From an uncultured Comamonadaceae bacterium (GTDB lineage: Bacteria; Pseudomonadota; Alphaproteobacteria; Elsterales; Elsteraceae): 64,000 bases of DNA. Numbering within the stretch: the stretch's first letter is position 1; every line of letters starts with the position of its first letter. Shown piece by piece: positions 28,820 through 37,719 of this stretch. The notes under the pieces were generated by a model, which worked only from the letters and a program-made list of their open reading frames with translations, was not told where the DNA came from and did not search any database. The position numbers and the translations under genes were made by a program. Where the stretch lies: NCBI GenBank assembly GCA_964511405.1, contig CAZEFK010000002.1:14172-78171 (forward strand), in the 5' to 3' direction.

Positions 28820-29980
28820 TCAACGCCAGTTCGGGTAAAGGCCGCTGACCAGGGCGCAGGCATCGGCGATGGTGCGAATCCGGGCCCGCGCGCAATCGAT
28901 CACCAGCAAGCTGCGGCCGGCCTCCAAGCTGTGGAAGCCGGCATGCGCCGGGCCCTGCTCCGGCGGCTTCGCGGGCAGGCCCGACCAGTCGACGGTCAAG
29001 CCGTGCATGTCGGCCAGCCGGCGGATATCGGCCAGCCGCGCCTCGTAACCCTGGGTTTCCAGCCCCAGCATGGCGATCATGGCCTCCGCCAAGCCCTGGA
29101 AGCCGAACTGCGGCTCCTGGCCGCCCGGGAAGAGCCGCGCCTTGGCGGCCAGCAGGGCGTTGGCCACGACCATCTCCAGCGTCCACGAGGGGAACAGGCC
29201 GGGCTGCCACGTCGTACCGCCCGCGCGCGCCGCGTTGTCGGCCTCGAACGCCTCTCGTCGCTGCTGTCCGCTGCCGAACTCCGAATAGGCGGCGCCGATG
29301 CTGTGACCAGATACCCCACGCACCCCTTGGGGCCGCGACAAATGCAAAAAGATCGGCGACAGGCAAAGATTCTGGACTGCCGAGTACACATCCGGCAGGT
29401 CCGTATCGAAATACCGACCATGCAGCGCCTTGGCTCGCCGAATCAAAGAATTGTGCACAAAGCAGCTATAAATTGACGGACTGGCCAGCATCTTTCGACG
29501 ATAGGCATACCAGTCGACCAGAAACTCCTGGGAGTTCATCAGGTAGCCGAAGTCGGTCTTATCGACATTGGCGATGCACAACAGGTTCCGGATCGACGGG
29601 GCCGCACTGTCCCAGCCATAGTCGGGGAGGTTCCATTTGACGATCGTCAGGCCGGCCATGGTGGTGACGACGTGGCGGACATAGGCGCAGGCATCCGGCA
29701 CCAGGCCGTCATCGTCGCCGAGAAACGTCACCCACTCGCCACTGGCATGGTTCAGCGCCCGCTCCCAGTTCGCGGTCATGGGCAGAACCTCGGCCGTCTC
29801 GTCATAGACGATCCGAGGGTCCGCCGCGGCGTCCACGATCGCCCGGGTCTCGGGGTCGGCGCCGTTGTTCTGGACCACGATCTCGACCCCGGGATCGTCC
29901 TGCCACAGCGCGGTGGCCAGGGCATGCCGGAAGGTGTCGGGGCGCCGCTTGGTCGGCAGGACGATGGTAAAGTCAGCCAT
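28820..29980 (-). CDS. GT-A fold (GT2-like) glycosyltransferase-like protein, tandem paralog B
   Basis: 386 aa with the same motifs as paralog A. Start is 3 nt after the CocE/NonD stop. Confidence 0.75.
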   Translation of the reverse strand: MADFTIVLPTKRRPDTFRHALATALWQDDPGVEIVVQNNGADPETRAIVDAAADPRIVYDETAEVLPMTANWERALNHASGEWVTFLGDDDGLVPDACAYVRHVVTTMAGLTIVKWNLPDYGWDSAAPSIRNLLCIANVDKTDFGYLMNSQEFLVDWYAYRRKMLASPSIYSCFVHNSLIRRAKALHGRYFDTDLPDVYSAVQNLCLSPIFLHLSRPQGVRGVSGHSIGAAYSEFGSGQQRREAFEADNAARAGGTTWQPGLFPSWTLEMVVANALLAAKARLFPGGQEPQFGFQGLAEAMIAMLGLETQGYEARLADIRRLADMHGLTVDWSGLPAKPPEQGPAHAGFHSLEAGRSLLVIDCARARIRTIADACALVSGLYPNWR

Positions 29981-29982
29981 GG
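29751..29982. repeat. 232-nt near-identical tract (5' end of paralog B), copy 2
   Basis: See copy 1. The offset between copies is 1190 nt. Confidence 0.85.
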
Positions 29983-29983
29983 G

Positions 29984-31831
29984 TCAGAGTGATACCACCG
30001 GCAGCCGGATTATGCTCGGCCGTGCGGCATCGACGAACAGGGTATTGGTGGCAACCCGCGCCAGCCGCCCCTGTCCCTCCGGCTCGTCGCTGTTCGGATT
30101 GACGTCGAAATGCGGGAAGTTGCTGCTGGCGATGTCCAGCCGGATGCGGTGGCCGGCGACGAAGCGGTTGGCGGTGGGCAAGGGCTCGATGACGATCCTG
30201 ACCGGCCGACCGGGCTCCAGCGGCGCCGGATGCTCCCAGCTGTCCCGGTAGCGGGCGCGCAGGATGCCGTCGGTCAGGTTGAGGGCGTAGCCCTGGGGAT
30301 AGTCGGCCGACGGCGGGTGGACGTCGATCAGCTTGGCCGTGAAGTCGGTATCCGGGCAATCCGAGGCGACCCATAGGGTAACCGTGATCGGCCCGGCGAC
30401 TACGACATCCTCGGCCAGCGGCTCGGTCTCGAACACCAGCACGTCGGGACGGCTGGACAGTGGCAGGTAGGGTGGGCTGCAGCCGTAGACGGCCGGCCCC
30501 TCCACCTGGTTGAAGCCGCCGCCGACCATGACCGGCTGGCCGGAGGTGATGGCGCCGCCGACCGACGGCACGGGGTGCGCGGGATCGTGGCGATAGCGCA
30601 GCGGCGCGGCCCCGGCCGCCGGCGCCTCGGTCGACAGGCGGCCGTCGCCATGCAGGTGGAAGTCGGTCCAGCGCGTGTCCGGCAGCGGCCAATGGGCGGC
30701 GCTGTGCCAGCGGCCGCCCTGGTCCAGGCGGCCATCGGCGTTGCGGCGGCCGCTGCCGCCGCCCATGACGAACAGCCGGACCGCCGGATCGGCCTCGGCG
30801 CCGGTCGGCTCGTCCTTCAGGAAGCGCTGGAAGAACCGCAGCCGGAACTGCCGCCAGTCGGGCGCCACTTGGCCGTCGAAGGTCGCCGCGGGCCCGAAGT
30901 CGGCGTCACCCGCGAAGGTCACCGAGCGGTCGCCATGGGTCCACGGCCCCAGGATCAGCCAGGTCGGCGCCCGCCCGCTCAGGCCCAGATAGTTCTCGGT
31001 CGCGGTGCGCGGATAGGGGTGGTACCAGCTGCTCATATGCACCGTCGGCACCCGGGCATAGCGCTCATGCCAGCCTTGGGCGTAGAGGCCAAGCTGCCGC
31101 CAGTAGTCGTCGAAGGCACCGTGCCACCACTGCTCGAACAGATAGGCCTCGTAGTCGGGCGCCCACTGCAGCGGCGAATGCCCGGGGCGCCAGGGCAGCC
31201 GGGTGAACCAGTCCTTGAGGTCGACGGCCTCCAGTGCCGCGCGCAGCACCGGATCGGCCTGGATCTCGGGCGATTCCAGCGCATGGTTGAAGGCCCAGGT
31301 CGCCTGCTTCAGCTCGAACGCGCCGCCCTGGCGGATGCCGCCCTGGAAGGCGTTCGAGAAGCCGCCTGAATCGAGGATCTGCGCCGCCAGGCCGGGCGGG
31401 TCCAGGCAGCCCAGCGCCGCCTGGGTGTGGGCGGCATAGGACAGGCCCATGGTGCCGATGCGGCCATTGCACCAGGGCTGGCGCACCAGCCAGGCGCAGC
31501 AGTCATAGCCGTCCTCGGCGTCGTCCAGGTACTTGCGGAAGCGGCCCTCGGACCCGTGGCGGCCACGGCAATCCTGGTAGACGACGATGAAGCCGTGGGC
31601 CACGAAATAGGCGGCGATGGCGGCGCGGTCGGCGGGCCGAGGATCGGCCGCGGTGCGCTCGGACCGGCTGGCCGCCCCCTTGCCATAGGGCGTGCGCTCC
31701 AGGATCACCGGGAACGGGCCGGGCAGCGCCTGCCCCGCGCGCGCCGGCCGGTGCACATCGGTCGCCAGATGCACGCCGTCGCGCATCGGCACCCGCCGGT
31801 CGCGCTCGACGACGACGTCGAAGGCGGTCAT
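29984..31831 (-). CDS. CocE/NonD family hydrolase (S15 X-Pro dipeptidyl-peptidase-like alpha/beta hydrolase)
   Basis: 615 aa from the ATG at 31831 (MTAFDVVVERDRRVPMRDGVHLATDVHRP). Nucleophile elbow GTMGLSYAA. The start overlaps the SBP stop (ATGA). The rest of the 948-aa track ORF is out-of-frame overlap. Confidence 0.85.
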   Translation of the reverse strand: MTAFDVVVERDRRVPMRDGVHLATDVHRPARAGQALPGPFPVILERTPYGKGAASRSERTAADPRPADRAAIAAYFVAHGFIVVYQDCRGRHGSEGRFRKYLDDAEDGYDCCAWLVRQPWCNGRIGTMGLSYAAHTQAALGCLDPPGLAAQILDSGGFSNAFQGGIRQGGAFELKQATWAFNHALESPEIQADPVLRAALEAVDLKDWFTRLPWRPGHSPLQWAPDYEAYLFEQWWHGAFDDYWRQLGLYAQGWHERYARVPTVHMSSWYHPYPRTATENYLGLSGRAPTWLILGPWTHGDRSVTFAGDADFGPAATFDGQVAPDWRQFRLRFFQRFLKDEPTGAEADPAVRLFVMGGGSGRRNADGRLDQGGRWHSAAHWPLPDTRWTDFHLHGDGRLSTEAPAAGAAPLRYRHDPAHPVPSVGGAITSGQPVMVGGGFNQVEGPAVYGCSPPYLPLSSRPDVLVFETEPLAEDVVVAGPITVTLWVASDCPDTDFTAKLIDVHPPSADYPQGYALNLTDGILRARYRDSWEHPAPLEPGRPVRIVIEPLPTANRFVAGHRIRLDIASSNFPHFDVNPNSDEPEGQGRLARVATNTLFVDAARPSIIRLPVVSL

Positions 31832-33399
31832 GGCGCCGGCCTCAGCTCCGTGGCCAGGGTCGCCTCGTCGACCCGAGGGGCGTAGGCGTAGCCCTTGGCC
31901 GTGGCCCACAGGTTGGCCTGGAAATAGAGCGGGATCAGGCCGTGGTCGCGGAACCCGAGGCGCGCGGCCGCGCGCAGCTTGTCCTCGCGCGCGGCGGGGT
32001 CGGTCGCTCCGGCCGCCTCGCGCAGCAGCTGGTCGAAGGCCGGGTTCGAGTAGCGGCCGCGGTTGAGCGCGCCGAAGCCGCTGCCGTCCCAGGTGCCCAG
32101 CACCTGGTTGAGGCCGATCGCCGAGTCGCCGGTGCTGGTGCCGAAGCCGATCAGGAACATGCCGAAGCTGCGCTTGCCCGCCTGGGCGAAGAAGACGTTG
32201 GACGGCACGCCGTTGACCTTGGCGTCGACGCCGATGCGGGCGAACATCTGCGCCACCGCCTGCGCCACCTTCTCGTCGTTGGGATAGCGGTTGACCGGCG
32301 TGCTGAGGACCAGCCCGAAGCCGTCGGGATAGCCGGCCTCGGCCAGCAGCGCCTTGGCCTTGGCCGGGTCGTAGGGATCGGGCTTGAGATCGGGCGCGTA
32401 GCCGGTCATGCCCTCGGGCACCAGCTGGCCGGCCGGGCTGCCGGCGCCGCCCATGATCCGCTGGACGATGGCGGCGCGGTTGATCGCCAGCGACAGCGCC
32501 TGGCGCACCCGGGCATCTTGGAACGGATTGCGATCCAGGGGCTTGCCGGCCTTGTCGGTGACCCCGGGCGCGGCCGGCCGCTCCTGCTCCAGGCCCAGAT
32601 AGATCAGCCGGCTGGAATCGGCCGTCCACAGCCGGGTCGTGGCGCCGTCGCGAAGGCGGGCCATGTCGGCGGTCGGGACCTGGTCGATCAGCTGGACGTC
32701 GCCGGCCAGCAGCGCCGAGACGCGGGCGGCGTCGTTGGCGATCGGCTTGATCACCACGCGGTCGAAGGCCGGGGCCGGGCCCCACCAGCCGGGGTTGCGG
32801 TCCAGCACCAGCCGCTGGCCGGGCTGCCACGCCACGACCTTGTACGGCCCGGTGCCGATCGCCGCCTTGCCGCTGTTGAAATCGGCGGTCGACGCCTGCG
32901 CCAGCTTGGCCGGGATCACATAGATGCTCATGGCGTAGAGCGGGATGGTCGCGTCGAAGCCCTTGGTCCTGAGGCGGATGGTCAGGTCGTCGACGACCTC
33001 GGTGCCGGCCAGCACCGCCGCCAGCCGCGTGAACGGTGCCGGACTGTTGGGCACCGTCGGCATGCGGTCGATCGAGGCCTTGACGTCCGCCGCGGTCAGC
33101 GGCGTGCCGTCGTGGAAATGCACGCCGGGGCGCAGCTTGAATTCCCAGACCGTCGGTTCGACCAGAGCCCAGGACAGGGCCAGCGCCGGCTCCGGGTGCA
33201 TGTGGGCGTCGCTGCCGACCAGGGGATCGAAGATGTGCAGCGCGATCTGCTGATTGGCGCCGATCACGGCGAAGTGCGGGTCGAGCGAGCTGGTCTCGGT
33301 CTGCACGGCGATGGTCGCCTCGGCGGCGACGCCGGCCTGGGGGGCGAGCCCCAGCATCAACAGCCCGAGGACGGCGCCGGCAATGGTCCGATAGGTCAA
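31828..33399 (-). CDS. ABC transporter substrate-binding protein, family 5, with no adjacent permease or ATPase genes
   Basis: TTG start at 33399 with GGGGAGG RBS 6 nt upstream. Signal LTYRTIAGAVLGLLMLGLAPQAGVAAE. Paralogous in architecture to the SBP at 210-1772. Confidence 0.8.
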   Translation of the reverse strand: MTYRTIAGAVLGLLMLGLAPQAGVAAEATIAVQTETSSLDPHFAVIGANQQIALHIFDPLVGSDAHMHPEPALALSWALVEPTVWEFKLRPGVHFHDGTPLTAADVKASIDRMPTVPNSPAPFTRLAAVLAGTEVVDDLTIRLRTKGFDATIPLYAMSIYVIPAKLAQASTADFNSGKAAIGTGPYKVVAWQPGQRLVLDRNPGWWGPAPAFDRVVIKPIANDAARVSALLAGDVQLIDQVPTADMARLRDGATTRLWTADSSRLIYLGLEQERPAAPGVTDKAGKPLDRNPFQDARVRQALSLAINRAAIVQRIMGGAGSPAGQLVPEGMTGYAPDLKPDPYDPAKAKALLAEAGYPDGFGLVLSTPVNRYPNDEKVAQAVAQMFARIGVDAKVNGVPSNVFFAQAGKRSFGMFLIGFGTSTGDSAIGLNQVLGTWDGSGFGALNRGRYSNPAFDQLLREAAGATDPAAREDKLRAAARLGFRDHGLIPLYFQANLWATAKGYAYAPRVDEATLATELRPAP

Positions 33400-33479
33400 G
33401 GGTACCTCCCCAACGCGCGAGCCCGTGGTGCCGGCCCGCTTCGGCCGGTTATCGCGTGCCGCGGGGCGGCCGGGCAAGC

Positions 33480-35216
33480 CTACGCCCGCGCCGCCAATGC
33501 CGGACGGTAGTCGAAGCCGGCGCCGGCCTCCTGGCCGGCCGCATAGGCGTCGGCGAGGACCCGTCGGCGTGACGCCTTGGCGCTGCGGAACGACAGCCCC
33601 AGCTTGGCCAGCTCGCCGTCGACCACGGCAGCCTTGGCCACCACCAGATCGCGCCCGGACGCGCTCCGCAACGACCGCTCCCGCTCCTGACGCAACCCGC
33701 ACAACTTGCCGCAGATGCCGCGCGCCAGGCCGAGCCGGAACGAATTCGTCGCGCTCCGGCGGCCACCCGCATCGAGCTCCGTGTAGGTCGCCGTCGCCTG
33801 GAACCGCACCGTCTCGGTCTCGAACGCCAGGTCCACCAGGTCATACAGGTACTGGGCCGCCGCGACATCCCCGGGCAGGCCGAACAGGACATGCCGGAGC
33901 GTGCCGTCCGGCGTCGTCTCGCGCCAGGTGCGACAGTCGAAGAAGGCGGCGACCGCGGGCACGCAGTCGTCGATCGGGCCGGCGCGGCGGCGGCTGGTCT
34001 CGATGCCGGCGCCGGCGCAGGTCTGCCGCTGCAGCTCGACATCGCTGAGCGAAAGGCCATGGCGGTCGAGCAGCTCGGCCACTTTGGCAGCGGCCGCCAT
34101 GGCTTCGGCTTCGGTGCAACCCTGTTCGACGGTCTTGGCCCGCAAGGCGCGGATGCGCTGGACCAGACGGTCCAGATCGGCGTCGTCGCTCGGCGCTGCC
34201 CGCAGCTGGCCCCTGATCTCGCGGAACAGGTCCCGGACCGCCGCTGGCATGCCAAGCGCCACCGCGCGGTCGATGGCGGCGGCGACGGCGTCAAGCGATG
34301 GCGCACCTGCGATCGTCGACCGATAGGCGATGGTCTCGATCTGAAGACGGGCAATCTCGAGGTAGGCGTCGCCGAGGCGGTCCTGACCCGAGCGGCGCGC
34401 CGCCTCGGCACCGGACAACGCCCGCAGCACCGTCGCGAGACTGGCCATGGCGCGCACGCCCTGCCGCTCTTCGTCGCTCGGCTCCGACCCAGCCACCCAC
34501 AGCTCGGCCAAGGCCATGATCGGGTCGATCTCGACGGCGTCGACCCGATCGTCGGGGGGCAGGTTGAGGCCCGGAATCGCCGGCACGCCGTGGCGCAGAG
34601 CATGGCGGAACACCGTCTCCGCGCAGCGCAAGGGATTGGCCAGCCCGCGACCCGGCCGAATGAAGTCCATCGCCACCGCGAGCGCGGCATCGTCCAAGGG
34701 CACCCTTGACCCGGTCATGACATGGGTGCCGGCGAGCGGACACAGCCGCACCGCCAGCGCCATGCCGTCGAGATCAGCGGGAAGATGTTCGTCATGGACC
34801 AGCAGGCTTTCGTCGCTGGCCAGGTCGCGCATCCGCCAGCACGCCGGTCCTTCCCGGCGCTCCGCCCGCAACAGCCGGAACCGGGATTGAACCAAGGCGG
34901 CCAAGGCGGACGCCTCGGCCGCATCGGATGGCTTGTGCCGACGGGCAAATCGGTCGGCGGCCGTGGTCCCGCTGGGCGCTGGCATGAACAGGGCCAGATC
35001 CAGGGCATAGCCCAGCGCCTCCTCGAGACGCGACGGGTCGTCTCGATCGCGCAGCGGCAGCTCGGCGATCAGCTGCGCCGCCAGGTCCGCGGCTCGCTTC
35101 GGCGGCAGGCAGGTGACGGCGTCGCCGGCCAGGTCGGCGATCCGTGCGTGGGCGTCCGCCGCCCGCTCCCGCATCTGCCCGGCTTGGCCATGTGCGGTCC
35201 CGTCGTCTCTCGGCAT
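33480..35216 (-). CDS. Hypothetical protein, 578 aa, unassigned N-terminal ~370 aa plus C-terminal DUF2786/DUF7168-like region
   Basis: ATG at 35216 with GGAGGA RBS. C-terminal LVQRIRALRAKTVEQGCTEAEAMAAAAKVAELLDRHGLSLSDVE matches the DUF2786 helix pair by eye, followed by a Cys-containing region like the one that accompanies it in phage and plasmid proteins. Confidence 0.6.
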   Translation of the reverse strand: MPRDDGTAHGQAGQMRERAADAHARIADLAGDAVTCLPPKRAADLAAQLIAELPLRDRDDPSRLEEALGYALDLALFMPAPSGTTAADRFARRHKPSDAAEASALAALVQSRFRLLRAERREGPACWRMRDLASDESLLVHDEHLPADLDGMALAVRLCPLAGTHVMTGSRVPLDDAALAVAMDFIRPGRGLANPLRCAETVFRHALRHGVPAIPGLNLPPDDRVDAVEIDPIMALAELWVAGSEPSDEERQGVRAMASLATVLRALSGAEAARRSGQDRLGDAYLEIARLQIETIAYRSTIAGAPSLDAVAAAIDRAVALGMPAAVRDLFREIRGQLRAAPSDDADLDRLVQRIRALRAKTVEQGCTEAEAMAAAAKVAELLDRHGLSLSDVELQRQTCAGAGIETSRRRAGPIDDCVPAVAAFFDCRTWRETTPDGTLRHVLFGLPGDVAAAQYLYDLVDLAFETETVRFQATATYTELDAGGRRSATNSFRLGLARGICGKLCGLRQERERSLRSASGRDLVVAKAAVVDGELAKLGLSFRSAKASRRRVLADAYAAGQEAGAGFDYRPALAARA

Positions 35217-35356
35217 CCGATCCTCCGCGCTTCGATCGTGCGATGATCGCCGCGCTACGGACGGGCCGGGACTCGGTCGCGAATCCCCGAGGACAATCAA
35301 TGGCTGCGCCGCCGCCACCGGCAGGCCGGACGGTCCCAGCGCCATGGAATCGGCGG

Positions 35357-35881
35357 TCAGAACCGCCCGTGCGCCGCCTCGAGCTGGAGCTGCAGTTCGG
35401 GGGAATCCTGCTCGCGGCTGTCGATGGCCATCAGCATGGTGACCGTCTGGCCGTCCTCCGACAGGGGCAGCAGCAAGCGGAGATAGGAATGGGTCCAATC
35501 GCCCATCTCGACTCCGATCGCGTGCAGCATCGGCCGGCGGCGGGCCACACCCTGACTGTAATGCCGGTGGATCAGCGCGCCATAGGCGGTCGGCGCCAGC
35601 TCGCGCGGGCTGCGTCCGGTCATCTCCAGCCCGTGCTTGGCGCGGATCGCGGTGCCGCTCAGCCGATAGCGGAATTCACCGCCGGGCAGCACGTCGGCAA
35701 GCATCACCCGCGGCAAGATCCCAACCAGGTCGACCGGATCGATGTCGGCGCGCCGTGGTGCGAAGCGCTGGCCGCGGCGGCTCTGCCAGTAGGCCAGGGC
35801 GCCCGTCAGGTCGGGACAGCGCTCGGCCGCGATGTCCAACTCGACGGCCGCCGCGCGGCCAAGGTCCCGGTCCCACCCCAT
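35357..35881 (-). CDS. PAS-like domain protein (DUF1457 family)
   Basis: 174 aa from the ATG at 35881. Hallmark ALAYWQSRRGQRFAPRRADIDPVDLVGILPRVMLADV. Confidence 0.7.
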   Translation of the reverse strand: MGWDRDLGRAAAVELDIAAERCPDLTGALAYWQSRRGQRFAPRRADIDPVDLVGILPRVMLADVLPGGEFRYRLSGTAIRAKHGLEMTGRSPRELAPTAYGALIHRHYSQGVARRRPMLHAIGVEMGDWTHSYLRLLLPLSEDGQTVTMLMAIDSREQDSPELQLQLEAAHGRF

Positions 35882-35944
35882 GTTTTCTGGCCCTTCGAGG
35901 CCGCTCGGGTTGACAGGGCCGCAGCGCGCGCCATCCTGACGGGC

Positions 35945-36565
35945 ATGCCCCTGCTCCACACGCCCGAGGACTGGCGCAACCTGCTGGCACTCTACGCCGG
36001 ACGCTTGCTTCTGGCACTCGTCATCTTCGGCGGCTTCGCCGTCGCAGGGATCATTGCGGACCGCCTGCTGCACCGGCTCGCGCGCCGGGACAGCCACCGA
36101 GCCGACCTGTATCAGATGCTGGGCGGCGCCTCGAAAGCCGGGCTGATCGGGTTCGGTGTCGTGAGCGGCCTCGGCACGCTGGGCGTCGACATCACGGCCG
36201 TGGTCGCCGGCCTCGGCCTGATGGGCGTGGCCCTGGGCTTCGCGCTCAAGGACGCCGTGTCCAACGTCGCCGCCGGCGCCATGCTGATCGCCTACCGGCC
36301 CTTCACCCGCGGCGACTTCATCCAGGTCACCGGCATCTCCGGCCGCGTCGTCGAGGTCGACCTGCGCTACACCCGGATCCGCGGCGGCGACACCGACACC
36401 CTGGTGCCCAACCAGACCATCCTGGCCAACACCGTCACGGTCGCCCACGACCCCGACCATCCGCCGGCCGCGCCGCCGCCACCGCCGCCGCCGACCATCA
36501 TCCTGGCGCCAGCCCCGGGGGCGCCGCCTGTGACGGTGGGCGTGCAGGAAACCGCCAAGGGGTGA
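35945..36565 (+). CDS. Small mechanosensitive ion channel (MscS family) with Pro-rich C-terminal tail
   Basis: 206 aa from the ATG at 35945. GVALGFALKDAVSNVAAGAMLIAYRPFTRGDFIQV...GRVVEVDLRYTRIR. Tail HPPAAPPPPPPPTIILAPAPGAPP. Confidence 0.8.
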   Translation: MPLLHTPEDWRNLLALYAGRLLLALVIFGGFAVAGIIADRLLHRLARRDSHRADLYQMLGGASKAGLIGFGVVSGLGTLGVDITAVVAGLGLMGVALGFALKDAVSNVAAGAMLIAYRPFTRGDFIQVTGISGRVVEVDLRYTRIRGGDTDTLVPNQTILANTVTVAHDPDHPPAAPPPPPPPTIILAPAPGAPPVTVGVQETAKG

Positions 36566-36573
36566 GCCGGCGC

Positions 36574-36596
36574 GGTGATGCCTTTTCGGCATCACC
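36574..36596 (+). terminator. Perfect 9-bp stem hairpin (GGTGATGCC-ttttc-GGCATCACC) 9 nt after the MscS stop
   Basis: Read from the sequence. No downstream U-tract. Confidence 0.4.
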
Positions 36597-36675
36597 TATC
36601 GCGCAACTTGATGCTATTTGGCGCTCTGCGCCCCGTGCGACAGTTTTGCTGCAATCGCCGGAGCGGAGGGTGGCC

Positions 36676-37719
36676 ATGTCGGAGAGCTGCGGAGATCGGC
36701 GGCGGACACGCCGCGAAATGCTGGCCAGCGGGGCGGCAGCCGCCGCCGGCTTGGCCCTGGGCGGGGTCGTGGGCTTCGGACCCGCGCGCGCCGCCACGAC
36801 GGTGGCCAACCTGCAGCTCGGCTGGCTCGCCGGCGGCAACCAGCTGGGCGAGATCGCGGCGCAGGCGCTCGGCTACTTCGCCGAGGAAGGGCTGGAGCTG
36901 AAGATCCAGCCGGGCGGCCCCAGCATCGACGGGGTCGCCATCGTCGCCTCGGGCCGCTACGAGGTCGGGCAGGTGTCGTCCAGCCCGTCGCTGATGCTGG
37001 CGGCCTCGCAGGACCTGCCGGTCAAATGTTTCGCCGTGGCGGCGCAGCAGCATCCCTACGCCTTCTTCTCGCTGCCCCGGAAGCCGGTGCGCACGGCCGC
37101 CGACCTGCGCGGCACCAAGGTCGGCATCCAGGCGACCGGCCAGATCCTGCTGCGCGCCCTGCTGGCCAAGAACAACATCGACCCCAGGGACGTCGAGGTC
37201 GTGATCATCGGCGCCGAGATGACGCCGCTCCTGACCGGCCAGGTCGACGTGGTCACCGGCTGGTTGACCAACACCACCGCGCTCAAGGTGCTCGGGCCCG
37301 AGCGCATCGATCTCAAGCTGTGGGACAGCGGCGTCCAGCTCTACGCCCTGCCCTACTACGCCACGGCCGAGACGCTGAAGGCCAAGCGCGACGAGCTCGC
37401 GCGCTTCCTGCGCGCGGCCGGCCGCGGCTGGGACTATGCCCGCAGCAACAAGGCCAAGGCGGTCGAACTGCTGGTCAAGGCGCTGCCCAACCTGGTCTAC
37501 CAGGACGAGCTGGAAGCCGCCGACGTCATGCTCCAGTACGCCTTCAACGCCAACACCAAGGCCAATGGCTGGGGGGCCATGGATCCGGCAGTGTGGCAGG
37601 CGCAGATCGACCTCTACGCCAAGCTCGACCAGTTCTCCAAGCGGGTGCCGAAGCTGGACGAGGTCATGACCATGGACATCCTGGACGCTTCGCGCGACGG
37701 CCGGCCGAAGGTCGGCTGA
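36676..37719 (+). CDS. ABC transporter substrate-binding protein (NMT1/THI5-like, NitT/TauT family), Tat signal
   Basis: ATG at 36676 with [32 protein letters not shown] twin-arginine leader. Confidence 0.8.
   Translation: MSESCGDRRRTRREMLASGAAAAAGLALGGVVGFGPARAATTVANLQLGWLAGGNQLGEIAAQALGYFAEEGLELKIQPGGPSIDGVAIVASGRYEVGQVSSSPSLMLAASQDLPVKCFAVAAQQHPYAFFSLPRKPVRTAADLRGTKVGIQATGQILLRALLAKNNIDPRDVEVVIIGAEMTPLLTGQVDVVTGWLTNTTALKVLGPERIDLKLWDSGVQLYALPYYATAETLKAKRDELARFLRAAGRGWDYARSNKAKAVELLVKALPNLVYQDELEAADVMLQYAFNANTKANGWGAMDPAVWQAQIDLYAKLDQFSKRVPKLDEVMTMDILDASRDGRPKVG

Noticed and set aside
29984-32830. 948-aa - strand ORF as a single giant hydrolase
   Set aside because: Its N-terminal ~330 aa are an out-of-frame overlap with the family-5 SBP gene. 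The CocE/NonD homology begins at MTAFDVVV (ATG at 31831), which overlaps the SBP stop.
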